A stretch of 64,000 bases of DNA from Eledone cirrhosa (Eukaryota). Below the pieces are notes generated by a model. That model ran no database searches. It was not told where the DNA came from and saw nothing but the letters and a program-made list of their open reading frames with translations. Location of the stretch: positions 334,676,001-334,740,000 of the forward strand of contig OZ024740.1 in NCBI GenBank assembly GCA_964016885.1, given 5' to 3'. This document shows, one piece after another, positions 41,412 through 55,000 of this stretch (positions are counted from its first letter, which is position 1; every line of letters starts with the position of its first letter). A program made the translations under genes and the position numbers.

Positions 41412-44091
41412 GAAAGTACGAAGGCTGCGTTGTCAGAGCTAGGGTGCGTGCTCTCAGACACGAGGGGACGAAAGCCGTTCAATGGGCTCGAGTGGCGGAG
41501 GCGCGTCGTGGCAACAAAGCCACGATCCGGTCTTTGGTGGACCACGACGGGCGCTTGCTACTCGATCCCGGGTAAATGTGTGAAGCTTTTCAGCGACACT
41601 TCGCTCGGTTGTTCGGGGGCAGCGGCGGGCCGGATCGAGGGATGGACTTTAGTGTCTACCTCGACGGACTGCCGCGGCTCTCGGCCACTGAGGCGGAGAT
41701 TTGCGGAAAGCCGATAACAACCGCTGAAGTACGCGAGGCAATGACTGGCTGCACAAGGAGTAAATCGCCTGATTTGGATGGTCTGCTCTATGAACTTTAC
41801 GTACAGATGCCAGACTTGTTCGGAGGCCTCTTGGCGGACGTCTACTGCAAATGGCAACAGAACGGGAGAATTCCCAGCTCTGTGAGCCGAGGAGCTTTGG
41901 CGATGTTGAGAAAGGATCCGAACAAGGGGGATAACATAGATAATTTTAGGCCCATAACTCTGCTAAACACAGAGTTCAAGATTTTGGCCGAGTTGCTAGC
42001 AAAGAAGTTGGCGCTTATCGTTGGTGGTCTGGTGGGAGAGGCGCAGACATGCGCCATTCCCGACAGATCCATCCACGACAACCTCCACCTCATGCGATAC
42101 ATCTTAGAGAGGGTAGCTAGGGAACCTGGCACGGGTGGGTCCTTGATCAATTTAGATCAGTCGAAAGCTTTCGATAGGGTCGACCATCGTTACCTAGCGG
42201 CAGTCCTGAGGGCGGCTGGCTTTGGGCCCGTCTTCAGAGGCTGCATTGCTGCCATGCACAGCGACATCAGCTCTGTGGTGAGAATGAACGGTCACCTTTC
42301 GGAACCATTCAACATCATGCGCTCGGTCCGCCAAGGATGTCCCCTCTCGTCCCTTTTGTACGTATTGATTCTCGAGCCATTACTGCACAAACTGGAGACA
42401 TTGAGTGGGGTCCCGCGCGAACTAGGATGCGGAAGATCCGTGTCAGCATATGCGGACGATGTCACCGTAGTGGTGTCGAACGCCAAACACATCGAGACAA
42501 TCGGCACTACACTAAGAGAATACGAAACGGTGACAGGAGCAATGATCAACCAGGAAATGTCAGTGGGCCTGAAGCTCGGCACCTGGAGAGGCAGGTCCAT
42601 GCCGTCCAACAGCGTCGTCGGGCGCTGGACGGACGGACCAGTTAAATTGCTCGGGGTCTGGTTCGGTCCGGATCTCTAGACGGACAAAAACTGGGACGAG
42701 GTGACGAGCAGGTTGGCTTCTCTCATCCAGAAATGGGCCGAGAGGAAGCTATCCCTGAAAGGCCGAGTGGAGGTGGCTAACGCGTATATCGCGTCCGTCA
42801 TCTACTACCGCCTGACCGTCGTACCTTGTCCTAAGCCCCGCCTGACTGCGCTAGAGCGTTTGCTCTTTCGCTTTTTGTGGAAGGGACGCGCTCCAATTGT
42901 CAGGCGGTCCATCTGCTGTCAACACCCGCTACGTGGAGGGCTAGGAATGCCGTGGCTGATGATGCGCAGACACGCGCTCAGGCTACGACATCTCCACCTC
43001 TTCCTCGACTGTAATCAGATGTGGTCTCCGTTTGCTAGACGCGTCTTTCCCCAGCTCGTCTCCTTGACGGAGCTGCAGTCCTGGGTCAAGCGAAACCGAG
43101 AAAGAGCGCTTGGAGACTGGAATGTCTTCAGGCGCTCACAGACCTCAACCAATTGGGTAATGTGATCGGTGGAAATTCCACCTTGGCGTTCTGTAGAGGA
43201 TTAGTGGAGGAAAAGAGCGACGACGTACTTGGGGAAACTCTAGGCGTCGACGAAAATCAACTAGCCAATCTCTTCGGAAGAACTTTCGGGCCGGGGCCTA
43301 TGCACAACTTCCAGAAATCCCTGGCCTGGCAGTGCTACCGAGGAGCTTTGCCAGTTCGGGATAAACCCTCCAGGTATGGAGGTGCCGTTCGCCGGGCATG
43401 TCCGAGATGCACGCAGGGCGACGAAGCCGTCTTGCACGCACTCGTACACTATCCGAGCATTGCTGACTTGTGGGTTTATTTCGAACACCTGCTGTCGCGT
43501 GTAGGACGGATCCAGCTATCAGGTGAGTCCATCGCGAAGATTGCCCTGCCATCTTGCTTTAGCCGGGAAGAGCAGGCAATTTTTATCTGTCTGGTGGCCA
43601 TGGCGAAAGAGATACTATGGTGGACACGTTTGAAAGGGCTGAAGACGAGTACTTACCTCTTCGGTGATGCCCTGATTAACTTTTTCAAATTTCATTTGAA
43701 AAGGAAAATCAGGGTAGAGAGGGAAGTGCTCTCTTCCCAGCATTTTGTTGAAAGAGGGGTGAGAGAGGCAAGAAAGGCCCGAGTGAATGGGCCTACTCTG
43801 AGTATGTGTCTGTAAATTAAAGGTGGAAAACTGGGAGAGGGCACTTGCCCTGGTGGTCAGGGCCACTGTGTCTTTTTAATTGGCTTTCTCTACGAATTAT
43901 CCCTCGGAAGTCTCACCCGTATTGGGGAAATTTTCATTGTTATTTTTTTGTTACATCCTCTGTTTTTGTTTTTTACACACAGAAATGCCCACTTGTACCG
44001 TCATGTATTGTCCTGTACTGCCATTAATGTCTACTTTATGTAAACCCTTGTGGTTAATAAAGAAAGTATTATTATTATTATTATTATTATT
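41412..44091 (+). mobile_element. 5'-truncated L1/Tx1-clade LINE
   Basis: RT with NFRPITLLN, LDQSKAFDRV, RQGCPLS, AYADD; C-terminal CPRC..H; AATAAA followed by a (TTA)n tail. Confidence 0.92.
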
Positions 44092-44519
44092 GGTCTAAGC
44101 CGACGTATTTTGCTCGCTCACAGTAAGTCGCTTTATTTGCCTGTTAAAATTATTTGTTGTTAAATATGTCTTGTTGTGTAAAGACTTTGCCCAGTGAAGG
44201 GCCTTTTGGCCCAAATATTTGAACTTTTTTTTACATGTTAAAAATTTTACGAAGAAAAAAATACATGGCTGAGCCACGCCCCCCCCCCCCCCAGCGATAT
44301 GTCGGCTGTCGTCCGACAACGACGTAGGAGTTGAGAGGAGCGCTACAGCGAAATTAACACACATTGATAACACAAAGACAACCACAAACAATGTAAATAA
44401 AGACACCAATGATACCAATAAGAACACTAATTTTGAAAAAAATGACAGTAACAGCGACAACGAAAATACAGATAACAAAAAAAAAATAACAATGCAACAA
44501 CAATATCAACACCACCAAC

Positions 44520-46248
44520 ATGAAAACAAATAGCGACAACACCAACAGCGACAATACCAACTGCACCGAGAACAACGGTGGCAACAAATACAACAATGAA
44601 AACAGCGACAGTGCTAACAACAACACCAACAAGAATAACGTCAACAAAACACCCAACGAAAACAAGAACACTTTCGCTGCGGCAGCAGCAAAAAAGAGGC
44701 CATGCTTCGACATGGACCTCTCAAACAAAGATGAAAAGTTGGCCCAGGCATGGAAGCTCATCAAACAAGACCAAACTTGGGCCGACTTAACTGTCCCGGT
44801 AGAAGCTATTGCGGCAGTGGAGCGCAAAACAGTGCATTATAGATGCATCTCAGCACAAACCAAAAGGGCAGCTTTAATCCCACAAGCAGATGTCGAAGTC
44901 GCGCTGAGGTGCATTAGAGAAGACACCCAGTGCATAGAGAGGGGCAGACAGTACGGCACCATTTCGGTGTGGTTCAAGTCAGAAGCCCTCGCTATGAAAC
45001 ACGCTATGACTCCTTGCAAAACCAGCAAGGTCATAATGTACCCTTCCCACATGAGAAAAAGAACGGCTCGTCTCCGCATTCCCAGAATCCCACCAGGACT
45101 TGACATGTGGTGGCTTCTGGGATGTGTGATTGTGGAGGGGACGGATACAGTCCCTATAGAAGTGACCAGAACGGCCAGAGAGGACTGGTCCGGGGTTGAC
45201 CTGGAGATCCTTCTCCAGATCAGGCCCGAGAATGTGAAGACAATCCCGGACCACATTCGCCTTCACAATGGGACGGTCATTCACATTATGACCGAAGGCA
45301 AAAGGCCGCAGTGTTTTGTTTGTGGGGAAAAAACCCATTTGCGAGCCTTCTGCCCTCAACTGCTGAAAGAGCAAGGGTTCGAAAGGCTCCACTGCTGCCG
45401 ACGCCGGGGCGAGGAAAACAACCAACACCAGCACCGGCAAAACCACCAAAAACAACACCAATAGAAAGACCACCAGCAACATTGACCACCCAGGAGAGAA
45501 ACGAGGAACGATGTCAAATTCCCCCTCCCCCCCAAAATACACACACCAATAAAACCATAAACATACATACAGACACACTTACCGACACAGACCCCTCATA
45601 TACCAGTAGTGAAAATGAGGGAAATCCCAAATCCCCCAAAATACAAAAAAGGAAACACAAAGATAAAAAAAAAACTCAACAAAGCACAAAAGCACCCACA
45701 ATAAAAAAACGCAAACACCACCCACGCAAACATCTCTCCAATAACACCAACATCAACACCACCATCACCATCACCAGAATCCCCCAAACGCAAACAACCG
45801 AAACAGACGCAAGAACAAATATACACACAAACATCTGAAACCACAGACACCGCACTCACAACAAACACAGATACAACCGAATATAACACTACCAAAACCA
45901 TCACCACCACAGCCACGCAAACAAATAAAATCACACAAACAAAACATACAAAACTTCGTGCTCGTCAGGAGGGCCAACAATGAACTGATGGCCCTCGTAG
46001 CACGAAGTGAAAATATACAAAAAGAGGGGGAAATTTTTAAATCGAGCACATTTCGCGTGCCGGAACATTTGGTTATGGTGCGAATGTCGCTCGACATATT
46101 CAAAGAAATACGAGACAGCTTTCCTCGGGACGTGGGAACCCCGAACGTAAAACCCACTTCAAGACTTTTAAAGGGGTTCCCAAAAGAAACCCCACTAACT
46201 ATGGAGGTCGAACAACCCGACCTTCACAAGAGTCCGGAAGGTAAGTAG
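44520..46248 (+). pseudogene. Tx1 ORF1 (gag-like, CCHC knuckle), frameshifted
   Basis: TFAAAAAK; CFVCGEKTHLRAFC (CX2CX4HX4C); low-complexity N/T-rich and P/K-rich segments. Confidence 0.8.
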
Positions 46249-46279
46249 ACCTTCCTCTCTCTCTGTTTAGCCTGCCAAC

Positions 46280-49194
46280 ATGGCCGTATTAAGAGTAGGA
46301 TGTTTAAATGTTCGCGGCCTGGGACCGTCCTGGAAGCAGGGTCAGCTGCTCAACGACCTCAGGTCTATAGAAATGGATGTAATTGCGGTCAGCGAGACCA
46401 GGATTTCCGACACGCGCGCACTAGCCCCCATTTTCGACGACTATCAGATCTTTGCATGTTAGCCGGCCGGGAATGGGAGGCGGGGTGGCAGTGCTGTTTA
46501 GGAAAGGCCTGGATCTCGAGGTAAGGTCGATCTTCCGGGACCCGGACGGGAAGTTGGTGGTCCTGGACGTGAACAATAATGAAGGTGGTGCCTTTAGACT
46601 GTTGGCCGTCTATGCTCCTACTGGGACAGGACGGCCGGACTTCTTTAGACGCCTGGAAGCCTTTCTGTGTAAGTCTCGGCCTTTACTGTCAGCGGGGTAC
46701 TGGAACGGCATCTTAGACGCACGCTGGGACTGTGTGGGAGTATCCGATATGAGCGGGGGGTACACAAGCCTCAAGAACCTGATCAGCCAGTTCCAACTCT
46801 CTGACAGGTTCCGACTAGATTTCCCTAATGCGCCAGTGTGGACCTGGGCTAACCGCATAGGTTCATCTAGACAGGATATTCATATAGACAGGATATTAAT
46901 TAGGAAAATAGACAGAAATAGTGTAAGCTGTCCACGTTTTGAAACGGTCGCCTATTCAGATCACAAGTTTGTGATCTGTATGGTCGACCTAGATAAGACG
47001 CGTAGGTTAGAACCTGGTTACTGGAAGCTAAACATGTCATTTCCGGCACGCAAGGCTTACAGGGACCAGGTCAACAATTTAGTTAAGAAAAAGTTGACAG
47101 GAGGAATCGTCAACAATAGATGGTGGGGGGATTTCAAAAGAGAGTTTAGAGTAATGTCGATAGAGTTTAGCAAAGAAGTAGCATTAGAGAAAAATAGAAA
47201 GGAGGGGTAGTTGGTAGATAAGTTAGACGAGGCTATTGGTAGTGGCATTGCAACTGACGTGCTAGCGGCGAGAATGGCATTAGACCATTTCTTCAATGCG
47301 AAACACGAAGGTTGCATTGTCAGAGCCAAGGCGCGTGCTCTGAGAAACGAGGGAATCAAAGCTGTTCGATGGGCCCGCGTGGCAGAGGCGCAGCGTGGTA
47401 ATAAAACCACGATTCTGTCTTTGACGGACCGAGACGGGCACGAGCGGAGCGATTCCAAGAGGATGTGTGAAGTCTTTCGCCAACATTTTGCTCGGTTGTT
47501 CGGGGGAAGTGGCGGGGCAGAGATGGTGGCGGACTTAAGTCCCCAACTCTCGGCGGCTGACGCTGGGCGCTGCGAAAGGACAATTACTTCAGCCCAGATT
47601 CAGGATGCCCTTGTCGGCTGCATGAGGCGCAAGTCACCCGGTTTGGATGGTCTGCCCTACGAGCTTTACGTAAATATACCAGACTTGTTCTCCAATCTCC
47701 TCGAAGCCCTCTACTGCAACTGGCAGCAAAACGGGAGTATTCCCAGTTCTGTGAACCGGGGCGTAGTGACGCTGATAAGGAAAGACGAGAACAAGAGGGA
47801 GACATTAGACAATTTCAGGCCCATAACTCTGCTCAACACAGAGTTTAAGATTTTGGCCAGGGTGTTAGCGAAGAGGTTGGCGCTTGTCGACGGGCATTTG
47901 GTTGGGGAGGCGAAAACTTGCGCAATCCCAACCAGGTCCATACACGACAATCTCCACCTAATACGATACATCATATAGAGGGTAGGGTGTAAACCTGGCT
48001 TCGGTGGGGCCCTGATCAATTTAGACCAATCGAAAGCATTCGATAGGCTCGACCATCGGTACCTGGAGGCTGTCCTCAAGGCGGCTGGCTTCGGCCCCGT
48101 CTTCAGAAGCTGGATCGCTGCAAAACTTAACCCGGAAAAATCAGTGGGCTTGCAACTCGGCACCTGGAGAGGCAAGTCCATGCCGTCCAACAGCGTCGTT
48201 AGGCGCTGGACGGACGGACCGGTAAAGTTGCTAGGGGTTTGGTTCGCGCCAGACCTCCAGGTGGATACGAATTGGGACGAGCTGACGGGCAGGGTAGTCA
48301 GTCTCACACAGAAATGGGCTGGGATGAAGCTATCACTGAATGGTCGGGCGGAGGTGGCGAATGCGTACATCGCGTCCGTCATCTACTACCGTCTGACTGT
48401 CGTCCCTTGCCCCCATTCGCGCCTCACCATCTTGGAGCGGCTCCTCTTCAAATTCTTATGGAGGGGTCAGGTTCCGCCGGTGAGGCGGTCCATCTGCTGC
48501 CAGAACCCTCTACGTGGAGGGCTGGGCATGCCGTGGCTAATGATGCGCAGGCACGCGATGAGGCTGCGGCATCTCCAGATATTCTGTCTAAACGGTAAAC
48601 AGGTGTGGTCGCTGTTTGTCAGACAGGCTTTTCCGCAGCAAGTTTCTTTGACTGAGTTGCAGTCCTGGGTCAAGAAGAGACCGAGACTGGGTGACTGGCA
48701 TCTGGAATATTGCCAGGTACTCACTGCCCTCTACCAGGCGTCAATGCGGTCAGTGGAACTTCCACTCTCAAGTTCTATAAAGGGATAGTGGTGGGCAAGT
48801 GCGACGACACCCTCGGAGAGGCTCAGGGCGTCGACGAAGTCGAACTAACCAGTCTGTTCCGTAGGACTTTCGAGCCGGGGACGATTGATAATTTCCAAAA
48901 ATTCCTCGCTTAGCAGTGCTACCGGGGTGCACTGCAGATTCGAGATAAACTCTACAGGCACGGTAGGGCAGGCAATTTTCCTCTGTCTGGTGGCAGTAGC
49001 GAAAGAGGTTGTATGGTGGACGAAGTAGAAAGGACTGAAAAGTCACTTTTCTCTTCGGCCAATTCCTCATGAACTTTTTCAAATTTCACTTGGAAAGGAA
49101 GGTGAGGGTGGAGAAAGAAGTGCTGCCACCGAGCTGGGTGAATGTGGCAAGAATGGCTCGTGCGAGTGGGCCTACTCGGATCATGCGCCTGTAG
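46280..49194 (+). pseudogene. Tx1 ORF2 (APE endonuclease + RT), disrupted
   Basis: LNVRGL, SET, GGGVAVL, VYAP, IDRILI, SDH, PGYWKLN, SPGLDG, FRPITLLN; the QG/YADD block is deleted near 48121. Confidence 0.92.
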
Positions 49195-49419
49195 GTGCGT
49201 AAATTTGAGAAAGTGAGGGACGCCCTTCCCGGGGTCAGGATTGCTGGTGTACCTGAGCGAACCCTGGGCGGTCATCCCCCCTATTGGGGAATTTTTCTTG
49301 TATTTGTATTGTTACTTAATTTTTATTCATATTGTTTACTCGATTTTTCTGTAAAACCCCACTGTCCCAGTCTTTTGTATTTCCCCTATATGTCAGCCCT
49401 TGTGGCCAATAAAGAAATC

Positions 49420-49471
<52 letters not shown>

Positions 49472-49966
49472 TCTGAGGTTTTCGAATGTATTTCATTTAT
49501 GTAGTAGATAGATAGTTATGATTAAATATAGATAGTGTTATATAAGAAAATAGTTATGATATCCTGGGCGAAGATATGTTTCCATTTTCAATATAAAGCT
49601 TAAGAATTTGGAAGTAATTCTATTTTCGTATAGAAGCGGTATATTATTTTGTATATTCTATAGTTATAAATTAAATTTGTTGAATAATCAACACATTAAA
49701 TAAGTCATTGTTTATATATATATATATAGAAGTGGTTACACTTTTGTTCCACCACTGTTCCACCACCACTATATATATATATATTTACTTTACTTTTTTC
49801 TTTACACTTATTTGCTTTTCTTCACTCTCAGTATTTTTTCTTTCCTATATATTTCTACCCCCCATTGTTCTACCTACTGGCAGGTTTAGCCACCATCTCC
49901 CCTACTAATTTGCAACCACAGAATTACTACTGATTTTTGACAATCACTTTGACCATATATGGAATT

Positions 49967-50060
49967 ACCCCTTGAGAAGATCGGCTATTTAAATACCAGG
50001 ATAAATTTTCATTTAGTCCAGAATTAGCCGTCGAAACGGCTTGAGCTCAGCTGTCGGGGT
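49967..50060 (+). ncRNA. Type I hammerhead with U3-A8 variant core (related copy at 57121-57216 -)
   Basis: ACCCC TTGAGAA GAtCGGCTA..TAGCCGTC GAAA CGGC-ttgagctca-GCTG TC GGGGT. Confidence 0.7.
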
Positions 50061-50151
50061 TTTACTGGTTCCTATTACCCACTCTACTACCTCAAGTATT
50101 GAGTACTTTGGTGCGTTATGGTCCACCTGGTTCCTTACCACTTTTCCTTCG

Positions 50152-50222
<71 letters not shown>

Positions 50223-50284
50223 AATATATATGTATATATAACTATATATGACCTATAAAGACCTTAATGTGAAACCTTTCTTTG

Positions 50285-50342
<58 letters not shown>

Positions 50343-50519
50343 AGAGAGAGAGAGAGTGTGTGTGAAAGAGAGATGGGTAGATGGATAGATATAAGAGGCA
50401 TCAGTAAATCTACATAAAATTATGTTCATTTCGTTTTTTCAAAACAAACTCAAGGAAAACTGGATACAAAAATATCCTATTCGAGAGCACGAGATAATGA
50501 AGAGGATTGACATGCGCAG

Positions 50520-50770
50520 CCGGTTTGGAAGTGGTGTCACGAATGTCAGGTGTAGAATCAGTAAGCTGGAATCTACAGACGGCTTGGTATCACGTACCTC
50601 GTCAAAAGATCACCTCCACCTGCACTTGATAGCTTTCATTCCGAGCTCTGCACCGCTGGAATGAAAATCAATGCTGCACAGACTAACACACTCGTACTTT
50701 CAAGGAAGCCTTCATGTAAGTGTTCAACTGAAGCAGGTGCTGTGTCCATGAAGTATTTAAGGGAAGATAT
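50520..50770 (+). mobile_element. Degenerate RTE-like RT fragment
   Basis: ISKLESTDGLV..SS.DHL followed by GMKINAAQTNTLVLSRK, resembling the FADD..GMKIN..KT region. Confidence 0.55.
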
Positions 50771-50970
50771 NNNNNNNNNNNNNNNNNNNNNNNNNNNNNN
50801 NNNNNNNNNNNNNNNNNNNNNNNNNNNNNNNNNNNNNNNNNNNNNNNNNNNNNNNNNNNNNNNNNNNNNNNNNNNNNNNNNNNNNNNNNNNNNNNNNNNN
50901 NNNNNNNNNNNNNNNNNNNNNNNNNNNNNNNNNNNNNNNNNNNNNNNNNNNNNNNNNNNNNNNNNNNNNN
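50771..50970. other. Assembly gap (200 N)
   Basis: Run of n. Confidence 1.
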
Positions 50971-51282
50971 AAAATAATTTGTTTTTCCAGCCATTGTGAA
51001 AATCCTCTTTCTTTCTCTGAGCACGTTTTAGTTTTAGTATAAAATGGTGAAAGTTAATTGACAAATAGAGGTACTTCATATTTTCTTTGATGATGACCAA
51101 TTGATTAGAGATTGCTTGAATAGTTTCAAATTACACATATACAGATGCAGGGAAAGCGGTGAAATTAATTATTAATATGCCAAGCTAATGACAACCATAC
51201 AAGTATCTATTTAGTGGTTTCTGAAAACGTCGAATAAAATTACAATTTGACAAACAAATCTAAAAGTGCCTTGGCAAATTCA

Positions 51283-51378
51283 TCACAACCAATATCATCA
51301 TCATTCCGAACATCATTATCATCATCACAATCATCATTTTCATCCTCATCATCATCATCAACGACATCATGATCATCG
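51283..51378. repeat. Degenerate (CAT)n microsatellite
   Basis: Direct inspection; probably the tail of the adjacent - strand LINE. Confidence 0.8.
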
Positions 51379-51479
51379 ATGTACGTCTGATTATATACGC
51401 TTGCATGGGTTCGACGGGTATTTCCAAGCACAGCTTTCTTCTACCTACAGGATTTCTTGTTCACATCCTCTGATAGAGT

Positions 51480-52015
51480 CAGCCTTCAGAGATCAGCTCT
51501 TGAATTCTGACTAAGTCTTCATTCGTCATCTTCTACAAAAGCATTTTTCCACCGGAAACTTCTCATAATTCCTCACCCAACAAATGTTATCCATATGTCT
51601 TTTTACCTTGCACATTACGTTTGATTACTCTGACACCCAACTTTTTCTCTTAGCCTATCGGTTCTTTGCTGGTCATGCATATTTACATCACACATCCGTC
51701 GTAGTATACTAGTTTCCATTTCCTCCAATCCCCGCAGTTGTCTTCTTATATCGCCCATGTATCTCTTCCATACAACACGAAACACAAGCATATATACCGA
51801 TCTTTCGTTCAAACAGAGGAAGTATTTTGGAGTACATCCGTACTCGTTTTACAGTCGTAACATTGTATAGAGTTCCCACACAATCATATTTACCATTGTC
51901 ACTTGCTAATGCGACAGGAGTCCTGTGTTCTTTCCTACTTACTAATAATTTGGTCTTTGCTAGGTTTACTCTGAGTCCTTTCCATTCTATTGTATGCTGA
52001 GACCTTTTCATTCTA
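51480..52015 (-). mobile_element. RTE-clade LINE fragment
   Basis: KGLRVNLAKTKLLVS, KIGIYACV, ETSILRRMCDV..LREK. Confidence 0.7.
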
Positions 52016-55000
52016 TTCTACGCCCGAACAAAAATATTAATAACAATACCCTCCTTTACATGCCAAAAATACTGCGCCACCGAAAACATCCAGGATATTC
52101 ACCCCTATAAACATGTCCACTAATTTATGATCACCTAAACAAAACATAAGAAATGTCAGTGTCACCGACACCGAAGCAGTATGCTACGATTAGCAATATA
52201 TGTCGAGTATGATGGACGCAGAATATTGGGATCCACACATCCGGTTTTATATAAGAAAGGTTTGTATCGTGAAAGAGATGCTCTGTTTGGCTCTTATTGC
52301 TGCACCAGTAATCATGTTTGTCATTGTAATGGTCTTTTGGAAACTTAGATTATGTTCGATTGTGTGCCAATGATTCCCACTCGTACAGTAATATTTCCGC
52401 CCTCATTTAGACAAAAGTCTATATGATCTTGTAGTTCAATATCGCATTAAATCAATCGGATGCTGTTCAGACAAAATATATACAATGGGACTTGGAAATC
52501 AATACAAGCAGTTAACAAGAACTGGTGTGTGGTCATATCCTCTACAAAAGACATCATCATTATCATCATCTTCGTCGAAATTATCATCAATTGTTGCCAT
52601 CGAATTCACCATACTTGACTCCATCATCATCGACTATCAATTATGATTTGCACTTTGGAAGGAAGGGAATGCTAAGATATATCCAGTTTCAACATCACTA
52701 AGCTAAAATCTTCAGTAGTTGTGGAAAAACAGTCCTTCCTCAGACGCTTCATGACTTTTAAATGATTCCTGAAATTAATCCTCCCATGACTAGTAGTCAA
52801 GTGTGAGTGTTTCAGTCAGATCAGTATATACTTCAGACGATTGCTGCTCTTTCAATGTTCAGTTGCTGCCAGTCAATATACAATAATTACTCATTAGTCT
52901 CTATCTACACCAAGCTGAATCTAAAGGTAATCGGAAACACCCGAATACATGGAACTAGTTGGAGCGGTCAATGTTATGAACCGGTAAAGAAGGATTGCTT
53001 CATCGGTTACCCTGAAAATCATGTTCTTGAGTTGCGTTATGAGAATGAATGTTAAGATATTCTTCATATCACTAAAGATATTTCAGAAAAACACATTTGT
53101 TATGGTGCAACTCATTTATACAGAACTGGAAGACAGTCAATATTTTAAATTTTATGCGTTATATGTTTATTGAAATATGTCGATAGCCATGTAATTAACA
53201 ATGAAGACGTGTCCCACCAGATGAAGACAGTAGTGTCAAATGGTTTCAATAACAAATCCCTGACAGTGGACTATAACTCAGTATTTAAAATTACCATTCA
53301 CGATGACTGGAAATAAAATGTAATAAGCACAGCTAACAGTAAAGGTTTTTGGTTTTGAAACCATAAAGCAATATCAACTTAGAGTTGAGCTAGACAATTG
53401 GTAAATCCTAGTAAAATATAACATATATACCGATGATCTAAAACCGTTTAATTGGAATAGCGTCCACTACACGCCTTATACATATGAAACTTGAATCATG
53501 TCATCGACACTGCATTGAAGAATCTTCCTCACATAACGTCTACAATTGCTCAATCAGGCAAATTCTTTAGACACATTGATCGATTGATATTATGTTACAA
53601 GATACGTTGCATCAGCATTACTGTAAAATATGGAGAATAGGTACATGACTTGGGAATTATAAAAATGAATGGTGCATTATTCTGAACACATATTAAGATG
53701 ACTGTCAACATGTATACGTAGATCATTAAGAACTAGAAAACAAGATGTGTTGGTCCTGTGCTTTACACTTTTTCTCCTGTCTGATTCAGGGCGATATATA
53801 TACTACGTAGTAACATGAACTCTTGCTTCCAGAAGACTAATATATTTACATTCTTGTTAAAAGCGAAGTAGTTCTAGTTCACTTGAAATTTCTTATTCGC
53901 TGTAAAAATGCTCTATCAAAATATTATCGACTTTAAAATCATAAACAAAAAATTGAATATACATGTGCAAAAAAAAGCAACGTATGACATCCAAATGATT
54001 GGCTGGAATTTCTCACCAACAAATGCGAACATCTATGTAACAAATGTTTTTAACAAATATGTGTCTTATATATGCTGTACTTTTAAGTACTTGACCGTAT
54101 TCATGTTGTCACGCGTATTATGTATCCACCCACATGTCCTTACACGAACCAGCATGCGTATTGTTTGTTTTATTGGGTTTTCTTCAGAAGGTTGTACATG
54201 TTGAATTTCCTTCTTGTTAATGTTTTCCCGCAGGCAATAACTTTCCATCCGATCATTTGGTGAACTATTTTCTCCTTAATCTATCTGATGATTAAAGAAA
54301 ATGGAATACTTAAAATGAAAAAGGTTTTTAATGTAATATTTGGCAACATTACACATGTAATTACGTAGCTATTTGCCATTGCATGAACATAAATATGCTA
54401 TTACGATAATGTGTAAGTCTATCACTGAACAATGTTTGATTACCTCTCTTGAGTGGTATACGTAATCTTTTGTTCGGTGTAATACCAGTTACTTGTTCTA
54501 TGGTATATTAGACGCTACTGGCGATACTATTGACTGAGAATAATGTCATTATATATTGCTAATTACTGCAAAAATATAAATGACGCGATGGGTTCTTTTC
54601 GTCTAATATTTTTCTTGTAGAGACCATATAAATGTTCATATTTGTGCTCAATACCATCTCAGGTGAAGCTACAAATACAACATATATGTTATATTCACTA
54701 AATAAATCAGAACAAAATTGTTAAGACCGAGAAATAGAAGACATAAAGAGTGACATAGTGAGGTAAACTGTCAACTAAAGGTGCAAAAGTGAGAGGGTTG
54801 AGCAACATGGACGTTGAGAGGAAGACAAAATGAGATAGACAGTGATAGTAAAAAGATGTCAAATATAATTATATATATTATTTCTCGAATGAGAAAAATA
54901 TTCGCAAAATTCCTTAAATATTTCTGTTAAATTTGATTAATAATTCATGTTCATTTGAAGGGTTTAAATATGAATTTGTTATGAAATAATTTAAGAAACA

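Larger units (their letters stand above)
44270..49445 (+). mobile_element. Near-full-length L1/Tx1 LINE with internal deletions
   Basis: ORF1 and APE-RT ORF2; AATAAA plus (TTA)n tail running into (TA)n; 5' boundary approximate. Confidence 0.9.
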
